DNA of 64,000 bases, taken from the NCBI GenBank assembly GCA_965200315.1, contig OZ241362.1:1888001-1952000 (forward strand), in the 5' to 3' direction. Position 1 is the stretch's first letter. Every line of letters begins with the position of its first letter. A program made the translations under genes and the position numbers. Below the pieces are notes generated by a model that worked only from the letters and a program-made list of their open reading frames with translations, did no database searches and was not told where the DNA came from. Of this stretch, positions 42,064 to 51,388 are shown in pieces. Origin of the DNA: Candidatus Latescibacterota bacterium. GTDB lineage: Bacteria > Latescibacterota > UBA2968 > UBA8231.

Positions 42064-42888
42064 ATGGAGCCCAGCCCAGCCGCTGAGATACTCGCCGTCC
42101 TTGGGTCCATTAAAGAGAGCTGCTTCCAAGTGCTGCCCAAGTTGGTCGTCTCCCTAGTCGTAGTGTTCGTGGGGTGGCTGGTGGCGTGGTCGCTCCGCAC
42201 GCTCGTGCGCCGAGTGGTCGCGCGTTTTTCCAAGCGGATTGCCGCGGGTGCTTGGCAACGGGCCTTAGCCGACAAGGGACTCGGGCGCATCGTCTCGATC
42301 AGCATCTACTGGCTCGTCTTGTTGGTCGCAATCACAGTGGCGAGCGAAGTCGTCGGCCTGCCGGTTTTGACCACTTATCTGGCCGCTCTAGCACACTACC
42401 TGCCTAGGGTCATCGCGGCGGTTGCGGTCTTATTCGTCGGTGTCGTCGGAGGTCGCCTCGTCAGCAATGCGGCAATGAGTACGGCCTTTCGCTTGCTGCC
42501 GCATCAGGGGCAGCAGTTGGCCCGCATCGTCCAAGGCGTCATCGTCGGCGCAGCCATCCTCGTGGCGATCAAGCAACTCGGAGTAGATGTATCGCTGCTG
42601 ACGAACATCTTTTTGATCGTGCTCGCCGCACTCCTCGCGGGCGCGGCCTTTGCATTTGGGCTGGGTGCCCGCAGCGTTGTGGCCAACATTCTCGCCATGC
42701 ACTACGTCAACAAATCCTACGACGTGGGTCAGCGCATTCGCCTCGGCGACGACAACGGGCGCATCGTGCGGACGACCTCCACCACCGTTTTCGTCGAGCA
42801 TCACGAGGGCGAGTTGGGCATCCCCGGCCAGCAGTTCTTCGAGGAACGCTGCCTCCTCGTAGGCAAGGGAGAGTCCGGTGAATCTTGA
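42064..42888 (+). CDS. MscS-like mechanosensitive channel (TM-helix repeat type)
   Basis: YLPRVIAAV, AFAFGLGARSVVANILA, GQRIRLG. Confidence 0.75.
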   Translation: MEPSPAAEILAVLGSIKESCFQVLPKLVVSLVVVFVGWLVAWSLRTLVRRVVARFSKRIAAGAWQRALADKGLGRIVSISIYWLVLLVAITVASEVVGLPVLTTYLAALAHYLPRVIAAVAVLFVGVVGGRLVSNAAMSTAFRLLPHQGQQLARIVQGVIVGAAILVAIKQLGVDVSLLTNIFLIVLAALLAGAAFAFGLGARSVVANILAMHYVNKSYDVGQRIRLGDDNGRIVRTTSTTVFVEHHEGELGIPGQQFFEERCLLVGKGESGES

Positions 42889-43756
42889 ACAACAGCTCCT
42901 CGCACAATTTGCAACCGATCATCCGGCGGAAGTCGCGTCCTCCCTAGCGGCCATGTCGCATCGAGAAGTGGCGCTGGTGCTCGGCGACCTCGCGCCAGCA
43001 GTTGCCGCAGGCCTCTTGCACTACCTGCCGTCGCTTTCTGCGGCCCTCTCCCTAGAGCAGCTATCCGTCGAAGATGCTGCCGCCATACTCATTGCCATGC
43101 GCCCGGATATGGCCGCGTCCATCTTGCGGGCGACCCCAAACGAGCACCGGGCCGCCGCCGTCGAGTGTTTTCCCGCGCGCCGCCAAGCAGTGATTGCTAA
43201 TCTGCTCATCTACGCCGAGGATACAGCCGGAGCGCTCATGGACCCGCAGGTGATCACCGCATTCGAGCAGGAATCGGTGCGCCAAGTGCTCGCACGGCTC
43301 CAGCGCAATCCCGCGCACACCCTCTACTACCTCTATGTGGTAGCCAACAATCAGCAGCTCGTCGGCGTCGTCAACATGAGAGAGTTGCTGGGCGCACGGC
43401 CCGATGTATCGCTCGCGTCCGTCTGCACGCGCCACGTCGCGTCCATTGCCGCCAGCGCCACTTGGCAAACCGTGGTGGGACACCCAGCGTGGGGAAGCGT
43501 CCACGCGCTGCCCGTGGTGGATCAGACCGGCCGGTTCGTCGGTGTCATCCGCTACAAAACCGTCCGCGATTTGGAGCAACGCCAAGCGAGCGACGCGCTG
43601 ATAGATAGTGGCTTGCAAACGGCCTCAGCCCTCGGCGAACTATTTGGTCTCGGCCTGCGCGGATTGTTTGGCCTCGGCTTGCACGGCCTGTTCCAATCGC
43701 CAACTTCCGGGACCGCAGCTAGCTCGGGTAATCAGGAGTCGCGATGGGACAGCTAA
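42878..43756 (+). CDS. MgtE N-terminal plus CBS domain protein (no TM domain)
   Basis: YAEDTAGALM, YLYVV...LVGVV, LPVVD...FVGVI. Confidence 0.75.
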   Translation: MNLEQQLLAQFATDHPAEVASSLAAMSHREVALVLGDLAPAVAAGLLHYLPSLSAALSLEQLSVEDAAAILIAMRPDMAASILRATPNEHRAAAVECFPARRQAVIANLLIYAEDTAGALMDPQVITAFEQESVRQVLARLQRNPAHTLYYLYVVANNQQLVGVVNMRELLGARPDVSLASVCTRHVASIAASATWQTVVGHPAWGSVHALPVVDQTGRFVGVIRYKTVRDLEQRQASDALIDSGLQTASALGELFGLGLRGLFGLGLHGLFQSPTSGTAASSGNQESRWDS

Positions 43757-45054
43757 CTCCGCGCCAAGTGCTCATCCAGCGATTCGTCGAACTCCATCCC
43801 GAGGAAGCAGCGCGTCAGCTAAACGACGCCGAGGTGGAAGAAGCCGTCGGCGCATTGCAAGGCGTGGACGATGCGGTCGCGGCAACCGTCTTGCAGCGGA
43901 TGGAGCAGGAGCGCAGCGCACACATTTTAGCGCACTTGGACGACGCAGCTTTGAGTCGCCTTCTCAACCAACTCGACCCGGCCATTACGGCAAGGCTAGT
44001 TGCGCATCTCGACGAGCTGGTGAGTACGCGGATTCTCGAGTTGGCGGGCGCAGAGCGCGGCCGAGAAATCCAAGAAATTCTCTCCTATCCCCCGGGCACA
44101 GCCGGTTCCCTGATGGATGCCCAAGTCAGCACCTTTGCAGTGGATTGCACGGTAGGCACCGCGCTAGTGCGCATCCGCCAGCTCGGCAATCGCCGCGCCA
44201 CAGATCTCGTACTGCACGACGAAAATAATCGCTACGCGGGCTTGGTGCGGCTGCCGGACGTAGTCGCCGCTGACCCAGAATTGTCGCTCGGCGAACTCCG
44301 CGATGGCGCGGCCGTGCAAGTGCAGCCCATGACGCCGCGGGACGAAGTCGTCGAACTCCTCAACACCTACCGCCTCACCAGCCTGCCGGTGGTCGATTTC
44401 CAAGAGCAAGTAGTAGGTGTCATTCGCCACGATGGCCTCGTGAGTGCGGCACAGCAAAACTTAGCGGCCGGTGTTCAAGAAATGGTCGGCGCGTCCGCCG
44501 AAGAGCGCACCTTGTCCAAGCCGTGGGTGGGCATTCGCAGCCGGCTACCTTGGCTCAACATCAACCTCGTAACCGCCTTTCTCGCGGCTGCGGTCGTCGG
44601 CCTCTTTGAGGACACCATTGCCAAGTTTACCGCGCTCGCGGTCCTACTACCCGTAGTTGCGGGGCAGTCGGGCAACACCGGTGCGCAGGCCCTCGCCGTG
44701 ACCATGCGGGGGCTCGCACTGCGCGAAATCCGCACCTCGCACGCGGCCCGCGTCCTCGCCAAGGAGCTAGCCATCGGCTTTTGCAACGGACTGGCCATTG
44801 CCGCGGTGACCGCCATCGGCGTCTTCATCTGGAGCCAGAGTTTGGGGCTAGCCCTCGTCATGTTGTGCTCCATGTTGGCGTCCATGATGCTCGCATCCAT
44901 AGCGGGCGCGGCCATCCCGGTCGTGCTGGTCAAGCTCGGCCACGACCCCGCGACCGCGGCCTCGATCATTCTCACAACCGCGACCGACATCGTGGGCTTC
45001 CTTTCGTTTTTGGGCTTGGCGACGCTATTGTCCAGTATGCTCCCGACCGGCTAG
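43744..45054 (+). CDS. mgtE: magnesium transporter MgtE
   Basis: YPPGTAGSLM, RLPWL, PVVAGQSGNTGAQ, DPATAASIILTTATD. Confidence 0.92.
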   Translation: MGQLTPRQVLIQRFVELHPEEAARQLNDAEVEEAVGALQGVDDAVAATVLQRMEQERSAHILAHLDDAALSRLLNQLDPAITARLVAHLDELVSTRILELAGAERGREIQEILSYPPGTAGSLMDAQVSTFAVDCTVGTALVRIRQLGNRRATDLVLHDENNRYAGLVRLPDVVAADPELSLGELRDGAAVQVQPMTPRDEVVELLNTYRLTSLPVVDFQEQVVGVIRHDGLVSAAQQNLAAGVQEMVGASAEERTLSKPWVGIRSRLPWLNINLVTAFLAAAVVGLFEDTIAKFTALAVLLPVVAGQSGNTGAQALAVTMRGLALREIRTSHAARVLAKELAIGFCNGLAIAAVTAIGVFIWSQSLGLALVMLCSMLASMMLASIAGAAIPVVLVKLGHDPATAASIILTTATDIVGFLSFLGLATLLSSMLPTG

Positions 45055-45171
45055 AAACAACGGCCATTGCAGCGTTTTAAACTCTTCATGCAGCTCGCAA
45101 TTCCCACAACGGACATTGCGGCTCTTTATATTCATTAACGCGACTATAACGCGAAACAAGGAGACCCTTCA

Positions 45172-46122
45172 GTGGACGCCATCGCAGCCATCGGCGGCAG
45201 CCGGCCCCTCAAAGCCGAGGAATACGCTCGCCGCGCTTACAACTATGCCCTCAATCCCGCCCGCAACCCGCTCAAAGAAACCCTCGACCAGTGCGAGTCG
45301 GTGGCCAAAACCCCACCCCTGCTGGGCGGCTTCAACGACGTGCCGTGGCACAAACTGCGCGACGCCGAGGTCCACGCTTGGGCCAAGGCCGGCTGGTCGT
45401 GGATCGTCAACGACGCCGAGCACAGCCAGTGGGAAGGCTGGTATGGCCGCGAGCAAAACGCCGTCCTCGCCCGCCACGGCATCCTGCCAGTCCAGCGCCT
45501 AGCCCGCGAGGCCCGCTCTGAACACGGCGACGCTTTCCAGCTCGGAGCGCGGGCGACGATGCGCCCCTATGGCACCACCTACGAAGAAGCTGAGCGCTAC
45601 TTCCGCGCCATCAACTTCCCCGTCCCCGGCCAAGCCACCCCAGACGATCGCGGCGGGTATCCGGTGCGCGACGGCGAGCGGACCATGATGTTCACGCCCG
45701 ACGAACTGCGCGGCACCGAGACCGAGACCCAAGGTTGGATCCAGTTTGAGACCAAGGAATACATCATCGACATCGAGACCCGCGACCGCGTCCTCGACCT
45801 GATGGCCGCCCAAGGGCGCAACAAGGCATGTGGCTTTGTCGGCCCCTTCGACGCCATCCTGCGCGAGGGCGACCTGCCCGAAGTCAACGCCGCAGTCAAC
45901 GCCCTCTTCCGCGCCGCGGCCGAGCGCGGCGTCCACACTGGCCGCGTCGTGGGGCACGGCGCAATGGAAGACCCCCAAGACATCGAAGACGGCATGGTCG
46001 AGGCCATCGACAACGGCGCGCGCCTAATTTGCGTACACCCCCTCACCAGTGACATGGTCTTTCGCGGGGCCTACGCCATGGCCGAGCCTTTCTTCCGCGC
46101 CTGCAAGCGCTGCGGCTTTTGA
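45172..46122 (+). CDS. HpcH/HpaI aldolase-like protein
   Basis: AGWSWIVNDAEH, IQFET, FVGPFD; AAGGAG SD before GTG. Confidence 0.65.
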   Translation: MDAIAAIGGSRPLKAEEYARRAYNYALNPARNPLKETLDQCESVAKTPPLLGGFNDVPWHKLRDAEVHAWAKAGWSWIVNDAEHSQWEGWYGREQNAVLARHGILPVQRLAREARSEHGDAFQLGARATMRPYGTTYEEAERYFRAINFPVPGQATPDDRGGYPVRDGERTMMFTPDELRGTETETQGWIQFETKEYIIDIETRDRVLDLMAAQGRNKACGFVGPFDAILREGDLPEVNAAVNALFRAAAERGVHTGRVVGHGAMEDPQDIEDGMVEAIDNGARLICVHPLTSDMVFRGAYAMAEPFFRACKRCGF

Positions 46123-46150
46123 ACATTCCCTCACAATTTTAGGAGACCTT

Positions 46151-46921
46151 ATGCACCTGTTTTGCGTACTAATCGGCGTGGTCGCGCTAGTGGGCACTGC
46201 CGTCCATGCTCAATCCGAAGACGACGCTCCAGCGGAGGCAACAGTCGCCCCTGCCGTCCATCCCCCCCTCAGCTACGACCCCTACTATGTCCTGCCGGGC
46301 GGGCTAGGTTACACTAGCGTCGATGTTGGCGTCCGCACTGCTTCCTCCACGTTCAAAGAGCTCAAGGACGTGAGCGATATCGTGGCCATGGCCAAATTCA
46401 ATCCTCACGCTCGCGTTGAAGTGGGCGCACATCTCACCTTTGGCTTTTTCAAAGATGGAAATTCCAACTTTTCGTCGCTCGTAGTCGGCAGCAAGTACCA
46501 ACTCGGTACCAACCGCGCGGTGACCGCTAACATCGCGCTACCTGCTGGCGACATCGCTAATCCCGGCTTGGTCGTCGGTCTCATGCAGACCGTGGAGTTT
46601 GGCACGGCCTTTCGCCTCAACAGTCATCTACAGGTCGCCGCGCTAAAAGGCTACACCCATGCCTACGAAGGTAAAGGCGCGATAGGCAGCCTCTTGGTCG
46701 AGCCGGCGATAATATTCAGCGAAAAACTAAGCGCGTACCTCGACTTGTCCATTGCGTCCAACACCTCCGACTTGGAAGGCTACCTCAGAGTCCGCTTAGA
46801 GCCGAATTTCGACATCGGCCTCGGCGATGGCATGGTGCTGAACTCAGGAGTGAGCGTGGATTTGCAGGGCGACGAACAAGAGGACGTGGGGCTGTTTATA
46901 GTGCTATTGCGCGACATGTAG
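46151..46921 (+). CDS. exported, probably beta-barrel hypothetical protein
   Basis: AGGAG SD, signal peptide ending AVHA, alternating beta-strand pattern. Confidence 0.6.
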   Translation: MHLFCVLIGVVALVGTAVHAQSEDDAPAEATVAPAVHPPLSYDPYYVLPGGLGYTSVDVGVRTASSTFKELKDVSDIVAMAKFNPHARVEVGAHLTFGFFKDGNSNFSSLVVGSKYQLGTNRAVTANIALPAGDIANPGLVVGLMQTVEFGTAFRLNSHLQVAALKGYTHAYEGKGAIGSLLVEPAIIFSEKLSAYLDLSIASNTSDLEGYLRVRLEPNFDIGLGDGMVLNSGVSVDLQGDEQEDVGLFIVLLRDM

Positions 46922-46972
46922 GGGTTTCACAGAGCGTCCCAATCGCCATCTCGCTGGCAACGCCCCTGACAA

Positions 46973-48907
46973 TCACCAGCTAAAAATGCGGTTGTCGGTC
47001 ATGCCAGTGCAGGCGTCGATAACCAGCCAGACTCCGGCGCTGGCAAACTGGCCGAGGATCGCCCCGAGGAAGAACGGGCGAACGGCGCGGAAGCCACGCG
47101 GCCCCCAGTATTTGAGCACGATGGCCTTGCAAAGCCACGCTAAAAAGATCGAAAACCAAGAGTGACTCATCAGCCAGAGGCCGGCAATGGGGAAGCCAAT
47201 GGGGTGTAGAGGCCACCACGTCAGGTAGTGCCGGGCCAGCATCAGGCCGCCCATGATTGCCGCGCCAACCCCGGTAGAAAACCAGCCCTCCCAGCTAGGC
47301 CCAGTGGGGTTGACCAAGAGGCGGGCGACAAAGCTCTCGAAGGGCGCGCGAGCGCCGCCGCCAAAAAACCAGCGGTTGAGGTTGATGCCGCCGTAGCGGT
47401 AGGACAGATCGAGGATCGCCCACATCGAACTAACCATGCTGACCAGCACCGCGAGCATCAGCGCCCAGAAGAAGGGACGATGGCGTCCCTGTTGGCCGTC
47501 GAGCAGCTTGAGGGCGTGGGCGGCCGAGGCCATTACTACGACGCGGAGTTCAGTGGCCCAAGTAAAGGAAAAGCCGAGCGCGGTAATGCCGGTTTCGCCG
47601 ACCGTGGTCGTGCCAATTCCCGTGGCGACGAAGCTCTGCGGCATCATTGGCGTGCGCGCTTCGGGCACCCCACTTTCGGCGACAATGCGGGTCAGTGCCA
47701 CGAAAATGGCAAAGGCGCTAATCAGAAAGAGCAGGGCCACTAGCGGCGGCATGCCGCTCAGATAGAGCCAAACCCCGGCAAAACCCAAGCTCGCCAACGC
47801 GCCTCCGACCGCGACTCGGTAGGAGAGTATCTCGTCCGAGTCATCGACATCCGCGGCATTGAAAAACGCCTTGCGGCACACATCCTTGAGGTGCCCGCGT
47901 CCCACCCACAGCGTAAGAGCGACGAGCGCGAGCAGCGCCCCCATTTCCTGATGGGCAATCGCCGGTGGATTGACGCTAAAAGTGTCTAATGCTTCGCCAG
48001 AGGTGACGCCGAGCACACCGTATAGTCCCTTTTGCACATTGACCAGCACGTTGCAAAACCACAGGCTGAAAGCGATCTCGAGGTTGATCAGGTAGGCAAA
48101 GCCGAGTACCGGGAAGCTGAGCACCACCGGCAGATGCACGGTGTCGCGGAAAAGGCTAATGCCCGAGGAGAGCTGGATTTGCGGAAAGACGTGGAAGTAG
48201 TTGTGAAAGGCATTGGTCGAAGAGATGAGACAGGGAATGGCAAAGCCGATCCACAAGCTGGCGCTTTTGAAAAACGGCGGCAGCCGACTCTCGTCACTTT
48301 GGCGCACCATGTCGAGCGGCAATTGCGCGAGCGGATAGATGAGCTTTTCGCGCTCGATCCACTGGCGGCGGAGGACGACGGCGACGCAAATCATGGCGAA
48401 GTACACGGCGACAATGAGGGTGCTCCACCCAAGCAAGGGGAGCAGCCAAGCGTCCCAAGGAATGGACGCGCCCGTGGGCAACCCCTCGTAGAAGTGCTTG
48501 ATGGCGCGAGCGTCGTCGGGAACCAAGAAGTCGCGGATGTAGGGATGGAACAGGTCGTCCCAGCGGTTTTCCGGCGTGGCGAAGTAGAGCCAAGACCCCA
48601 TGATCGGCAAGAGGTATTCAGAGAGGCCACAGGTGGTAATCGCCGAGGCGATGAGCATCATGCTATAGATCAGGAGTAACTCGGCGCGGGCGAGTCCGCC
48701 GCTGGGAAAGACGCATTTGTACAGCGCGTTGAATACGCCGACCAAAAAGAAGAACAGGAAGAGTGCCCCAGGAGTGGAAAAGTCTTGGGTCATATACGAG
48801 CCGCGCAGGACCATGTTGCAATAGGGAGCACCCGCGGCGAGAATAGCGGCACAGAGTGCGCCCAAAAAGAAGGCCCTGAAGGTGTACCCTGAGCGGGGAA
48901 GAGACAT
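46973..48907 (-). CDS. DUF6785/DUF6784-type membrane protein (paralog 3)
   Basis: YFATPENRW, PWDAWLLPL, RRQWIEREKLIYPL, WWPLHPIG, PFFLGAILG. Confidence 0.8.
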   Translation of the reverse strand: MSLPRSGYTFRAFFLGALCAAILAAGAPYCNMVLRGSYMTQDFSTPGALFLFFFLVGVFNALYKCVFPSGGLARAELLLIYSMMLIASAITTCGLSEYLLPIMGSWLYFATPENRWDDLFHPYIRDFLVPDDARAIKHFYEGLPTGASIPWDAWLLPLLGWSTLIVAVYFAMICVAVVLRRQWIEREKLIYPLAQLPLDMVRQSDESRLPPFFKSASLWIGFAIPCLISSTNAFHNYFHVFPQIQLSSGISLFRDTVHLPVVLSFPVLGFAYLINLEIAFSLWFCNVLVNVQKGLYGVLGVTSGEALDTFSVNPPAIAHQEMGALLALVALTLWVGRGHLKDVCRKAFFNAADVDDSDEILSYRVAVGGALASLGFAGVWLYLSGMPPLVALLFLISAFAIFVALTRIVAESGVPEARTPMMPQSFVATGIGTTTVGETGITALGFSFTWATELRVVVMASAAHALKLLDGQQGRHRPFFWALMLAVLVSMVSSMWAILDLSYRYGGINLNRWFFGGGARAPFESFVARLLVNPTGPSWEGWFSTGVGAAIMGGLMLARHYLTWWPLHPIGFPIAGLWLMSHSWFSIFLAWLCKAIVLKYWGPRGFRAVRPFFLGAILGQFASAGVWLVIDACTGMTDNRIFSW

Positions 48908-49052
48908 AGTGTTTTCTCGCTGATTCATATTCCACGGAACCTGTCGCGCTCGCCGAGGCGCTTCGCTGTGTTTGCCAAATAGTAGGGCCTTCACTAGCAG
49001 TAATCCAGAATAGACGGAGTTGATGCGATGAGCGGTGCTCTAGGAATCCTCA

Positions 49053-49520
49053 CTGCCGTGGCTCGACTTCCCCCGCCACCTGCCGCCGGGGCTGGCGGAA
49101 TACGCAAAGGACTGGCTCGAACACCCGAACCGGCGGGCTTGGAAGTTCGACGAGGTGCATGAGGAAGTAGCCGTCCCCAACCTCGACTTCAGCGGCTGGT
49201 ACGACCACTGCAACGGCTCGATGCAGCACCTACAGCTCATGCAGCGCCATGGTCGCACCGAGCAGGCGCGTTCGCAGACAAAGCTGATCGCCGGCCCGTG
49301 GAATCACCCCAGCCTCGGCAGCCGCACGGTAGCCGGGTTCGACTTCGGCCCACAGGCCGAGCTCGATCTGCCGGACCTAATCATCCGCTGGTTCGACCAC
49401 TGGCTCAAGGGGATCGACAATGGCGTCAACCGCGAGCCAGCCGTGCGCTACTTTGTGATGGCTGGACGGCAGGGACAATGGCGCTCGGCCAGCACTTGGC
49501 CGCCAGCGGACACCGCGCCC
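49053..49520 (+). pseudogene. internal fragment of a CocE/NonD family hydrolase
   Basis: WLEHP...SGWYD...LIAGPWNH...IRWFDHWLKGIDNG...VRYFVM...W...TWPP; no start and no nucleophile region; degenerates before the repeats. Confidence 0.8.
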
Positions 49521-49603
49521 TGTGGCTGGTGGACGAGCACCCGCCCACAGGAGAGACGGCGAGCGGACCAGCACCGGAGGCTGCCTGTGTGCGTGGGGTA
49601 AGC

Positions 49604-49850
49604 GGGCGAACACATAGGTTCGCCCCTACAAAAAATCGGGCGGGCCCGATGCGCAGGATACGCCGGCGAACACAGCAGGGCCACCCAACCAAACAATCGG
49701 GCGAACCCGATCACACGATACGCCGGCGAACACAGCAGGGCGACACGACAAAAAAATCGGGCGAACCCGATCACACGATGCACAGGCGAACACAGCGAGG
49801 CGACACGACAAAAAATCGGGCGAACCCGATGCACACGATACGCCGGCGAT
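49604..49850. repeat. GTAG-type REP plus four ~60-bp tandem palindromic units (BIME-like)
   Basis: GGGCGAACACATAGGTTCGCCCCTAC at 49604-49629; ATCGGG-CG(AA/GG)-CCCGAT hairpins at 49635, 49696, 49756, 49815. Confidence 0.85.
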
Positions 49851-49888
49851 CTTAGCCTCGGTACGCGCCATCAGTTCGTCGCACGAAT

Positions 49889-50992
49889 CTAAGAAGTCTG
49901 CAACCGCCGCACCCGCGCCGGGGTGTGATCTTGGGTGATCTCCGAGGAGAGAATGCCCAACGAACGGTCCGCTAGCGGCAGATCCACGCGGACCAAACCG
50001 GCGCGGTGCGATTGGCGCAGAGCAATGGCCACTTCGAGGGCGGCCCGGCCATCATCGCCCGAGCAGCGCGGAGCCGATCCCGTCTCAATGGCCTCGATCA
50101 GATCATCTATAATGGTCAGGCCCATGCCCTGTATGCGCGTCGGATAGGGAAAGGGCACGTACGCAGGTACGCCGCGGCCCCGGTTGCCGCCCGCAGCCGT
50201 GCGGATGTACTCCATTTGCGTGCAATTAGCTATAGATCGGATGCGGCCCTCAGTGCCAATGACGTCGATTTCCCAAGCCGCGACCCCGGTGGGCGTGGCG
50301 CGGATAAAGGCTCGCACCCCATTGTCAAAGACGAGGTAACCATTGCCCTGCGGGTCGGTCTCGCCCGCGGCCGCGGCGTCTGATTCCATTTCGCCAAAAA
50401 CCCACTCCACCTGCCCTCCGGCCATGTAGCGCACAATATCGAGGAGGTGGCTGCCGTTGTGCGACAGGCCGCACTGGGCGTAGCCGGTAACTTGGAGGAT
50501 TCGCCCCAGCGCACCTTGGTCAATGAGGCGGCGGGCCTCGCTGAAGAACGGATTCCAGCGGCGGGCGCAGTTGATGGCCAAGGCCGTGCCGTGTTGGCGG
50601 CAGGTCTCGACCATGGCATCGGCTTCAGCCAAGGTCAGGGCGATGGGCTTTTCGGCCCAGATGGCTTTGACGCCGGCGCGGGCGCAGTCCTCGACGATTT
50701 GCGAGCGGATGCGGGCTGTGGTGCAGACGCTGACCAAGTCGAGGTTTTCTCGCTCTAGCATTGGGCGGTAGTCGCTGTAGAGATGGTCTTGCTCTAAGCC
50801 CCAGCGGTCGCCGAAGATGGCGCGTTGTTCGTCATGCACATCGGCTCCAGCCACCAGTTCCGTATGGGGCGAAGCGCAGTACGAGGGGGCGTGGCAATAG
50901 GGCAGAAAAATGGAACCTCCTTCGCTCATTTCATCGTCGAACGTGCTGCCCATGCGGCCCAAGCCGATAACGGCGGCGCGATACGTAGTCAT
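49889..50992 (-). CDS. Gfo/Idh/MocA oxidoreductase
   Basis: IGLGRMG, IWAEKP, HNGSHLLD. Confidence 0.88.
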   Translation of the reverse strand: MTTYRAAVIGLGRMGSTFDDEMSEGGSIFLPYCHAPSYCASPHTELVAGADVHDEQRAIFGDRWGLEQDHLYSDYRPMLERENLDLVSVCTTARIRSQIVEDCARAGVKAIWAEKPIALTLAEADAMVETCRQHGTALAINCARRWNPFFSEARRLIDQGALGRILQVTGYAQCGLSHNGSHLLDIVRYMAGGQVEWVFGEMESDAAAAGETDPQGNGYLVFDNGVRAFIRATPTGVAAWEIDVIGTEGRIRSIANCTQMEYIRTAAGGNRGRGVPAYVPFPYPTRIQGMGLTIIDDLIEAIETGSAPRCSGDDGRAALEVAIALRQSHRAGLVRVDLPLADRSLGILSSEITQDHTPARVRRLQTS

Positions 50993-51388
50993 GGTCTCCT
51001 CCGGCGTTTGATGAGGGTGGGACTCTGCGGAAAAAGAAAGAAGCGGCTCAAAGCACATGAGACCGAGAGCATCTCGTCCTCAAAACGCGCTTGGCCTAAC
51101 TCAAGGAACGCTACAAAGCACTGTGCAGCAAGTCGTTTTATAATGCTATAGCATCCTACATGACTGGCAGTGCTTGCCGGGTTGTGCTCTCATCGAACTT
51201 GGCCCGGCCGGTGCTTGGTGGTTCGTGCGTCCGTCCTTGGGGGGGCCGGCCTGCGGGCGTCTCGCCGCGTGGCGGGAAGAATGACACACGCATCCGCAAA
51301 ATCCCCAAGATCGAGGGCAGCCTGCCCGCGAAAAACACCGCATCCCCAAACTGCCCGCCCGCTCTATCGTAGGAAGGATGTAGAACAA

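Noticed and set aside
49629-49850. CRISPR array
   Set aside because: Inter-hairpin segments are similar to each other rather than unique spacers; no cas genes; REP-derived
51146-51388. Possible sRNA or MITE between sulfatase and oxidoreductase
   Set aside because: Only degenerate REP-like palindromes (GCGGGCGTCTCGCCGC, GGGCAGCCTGCCC); no clear terminal repeats or RNA family
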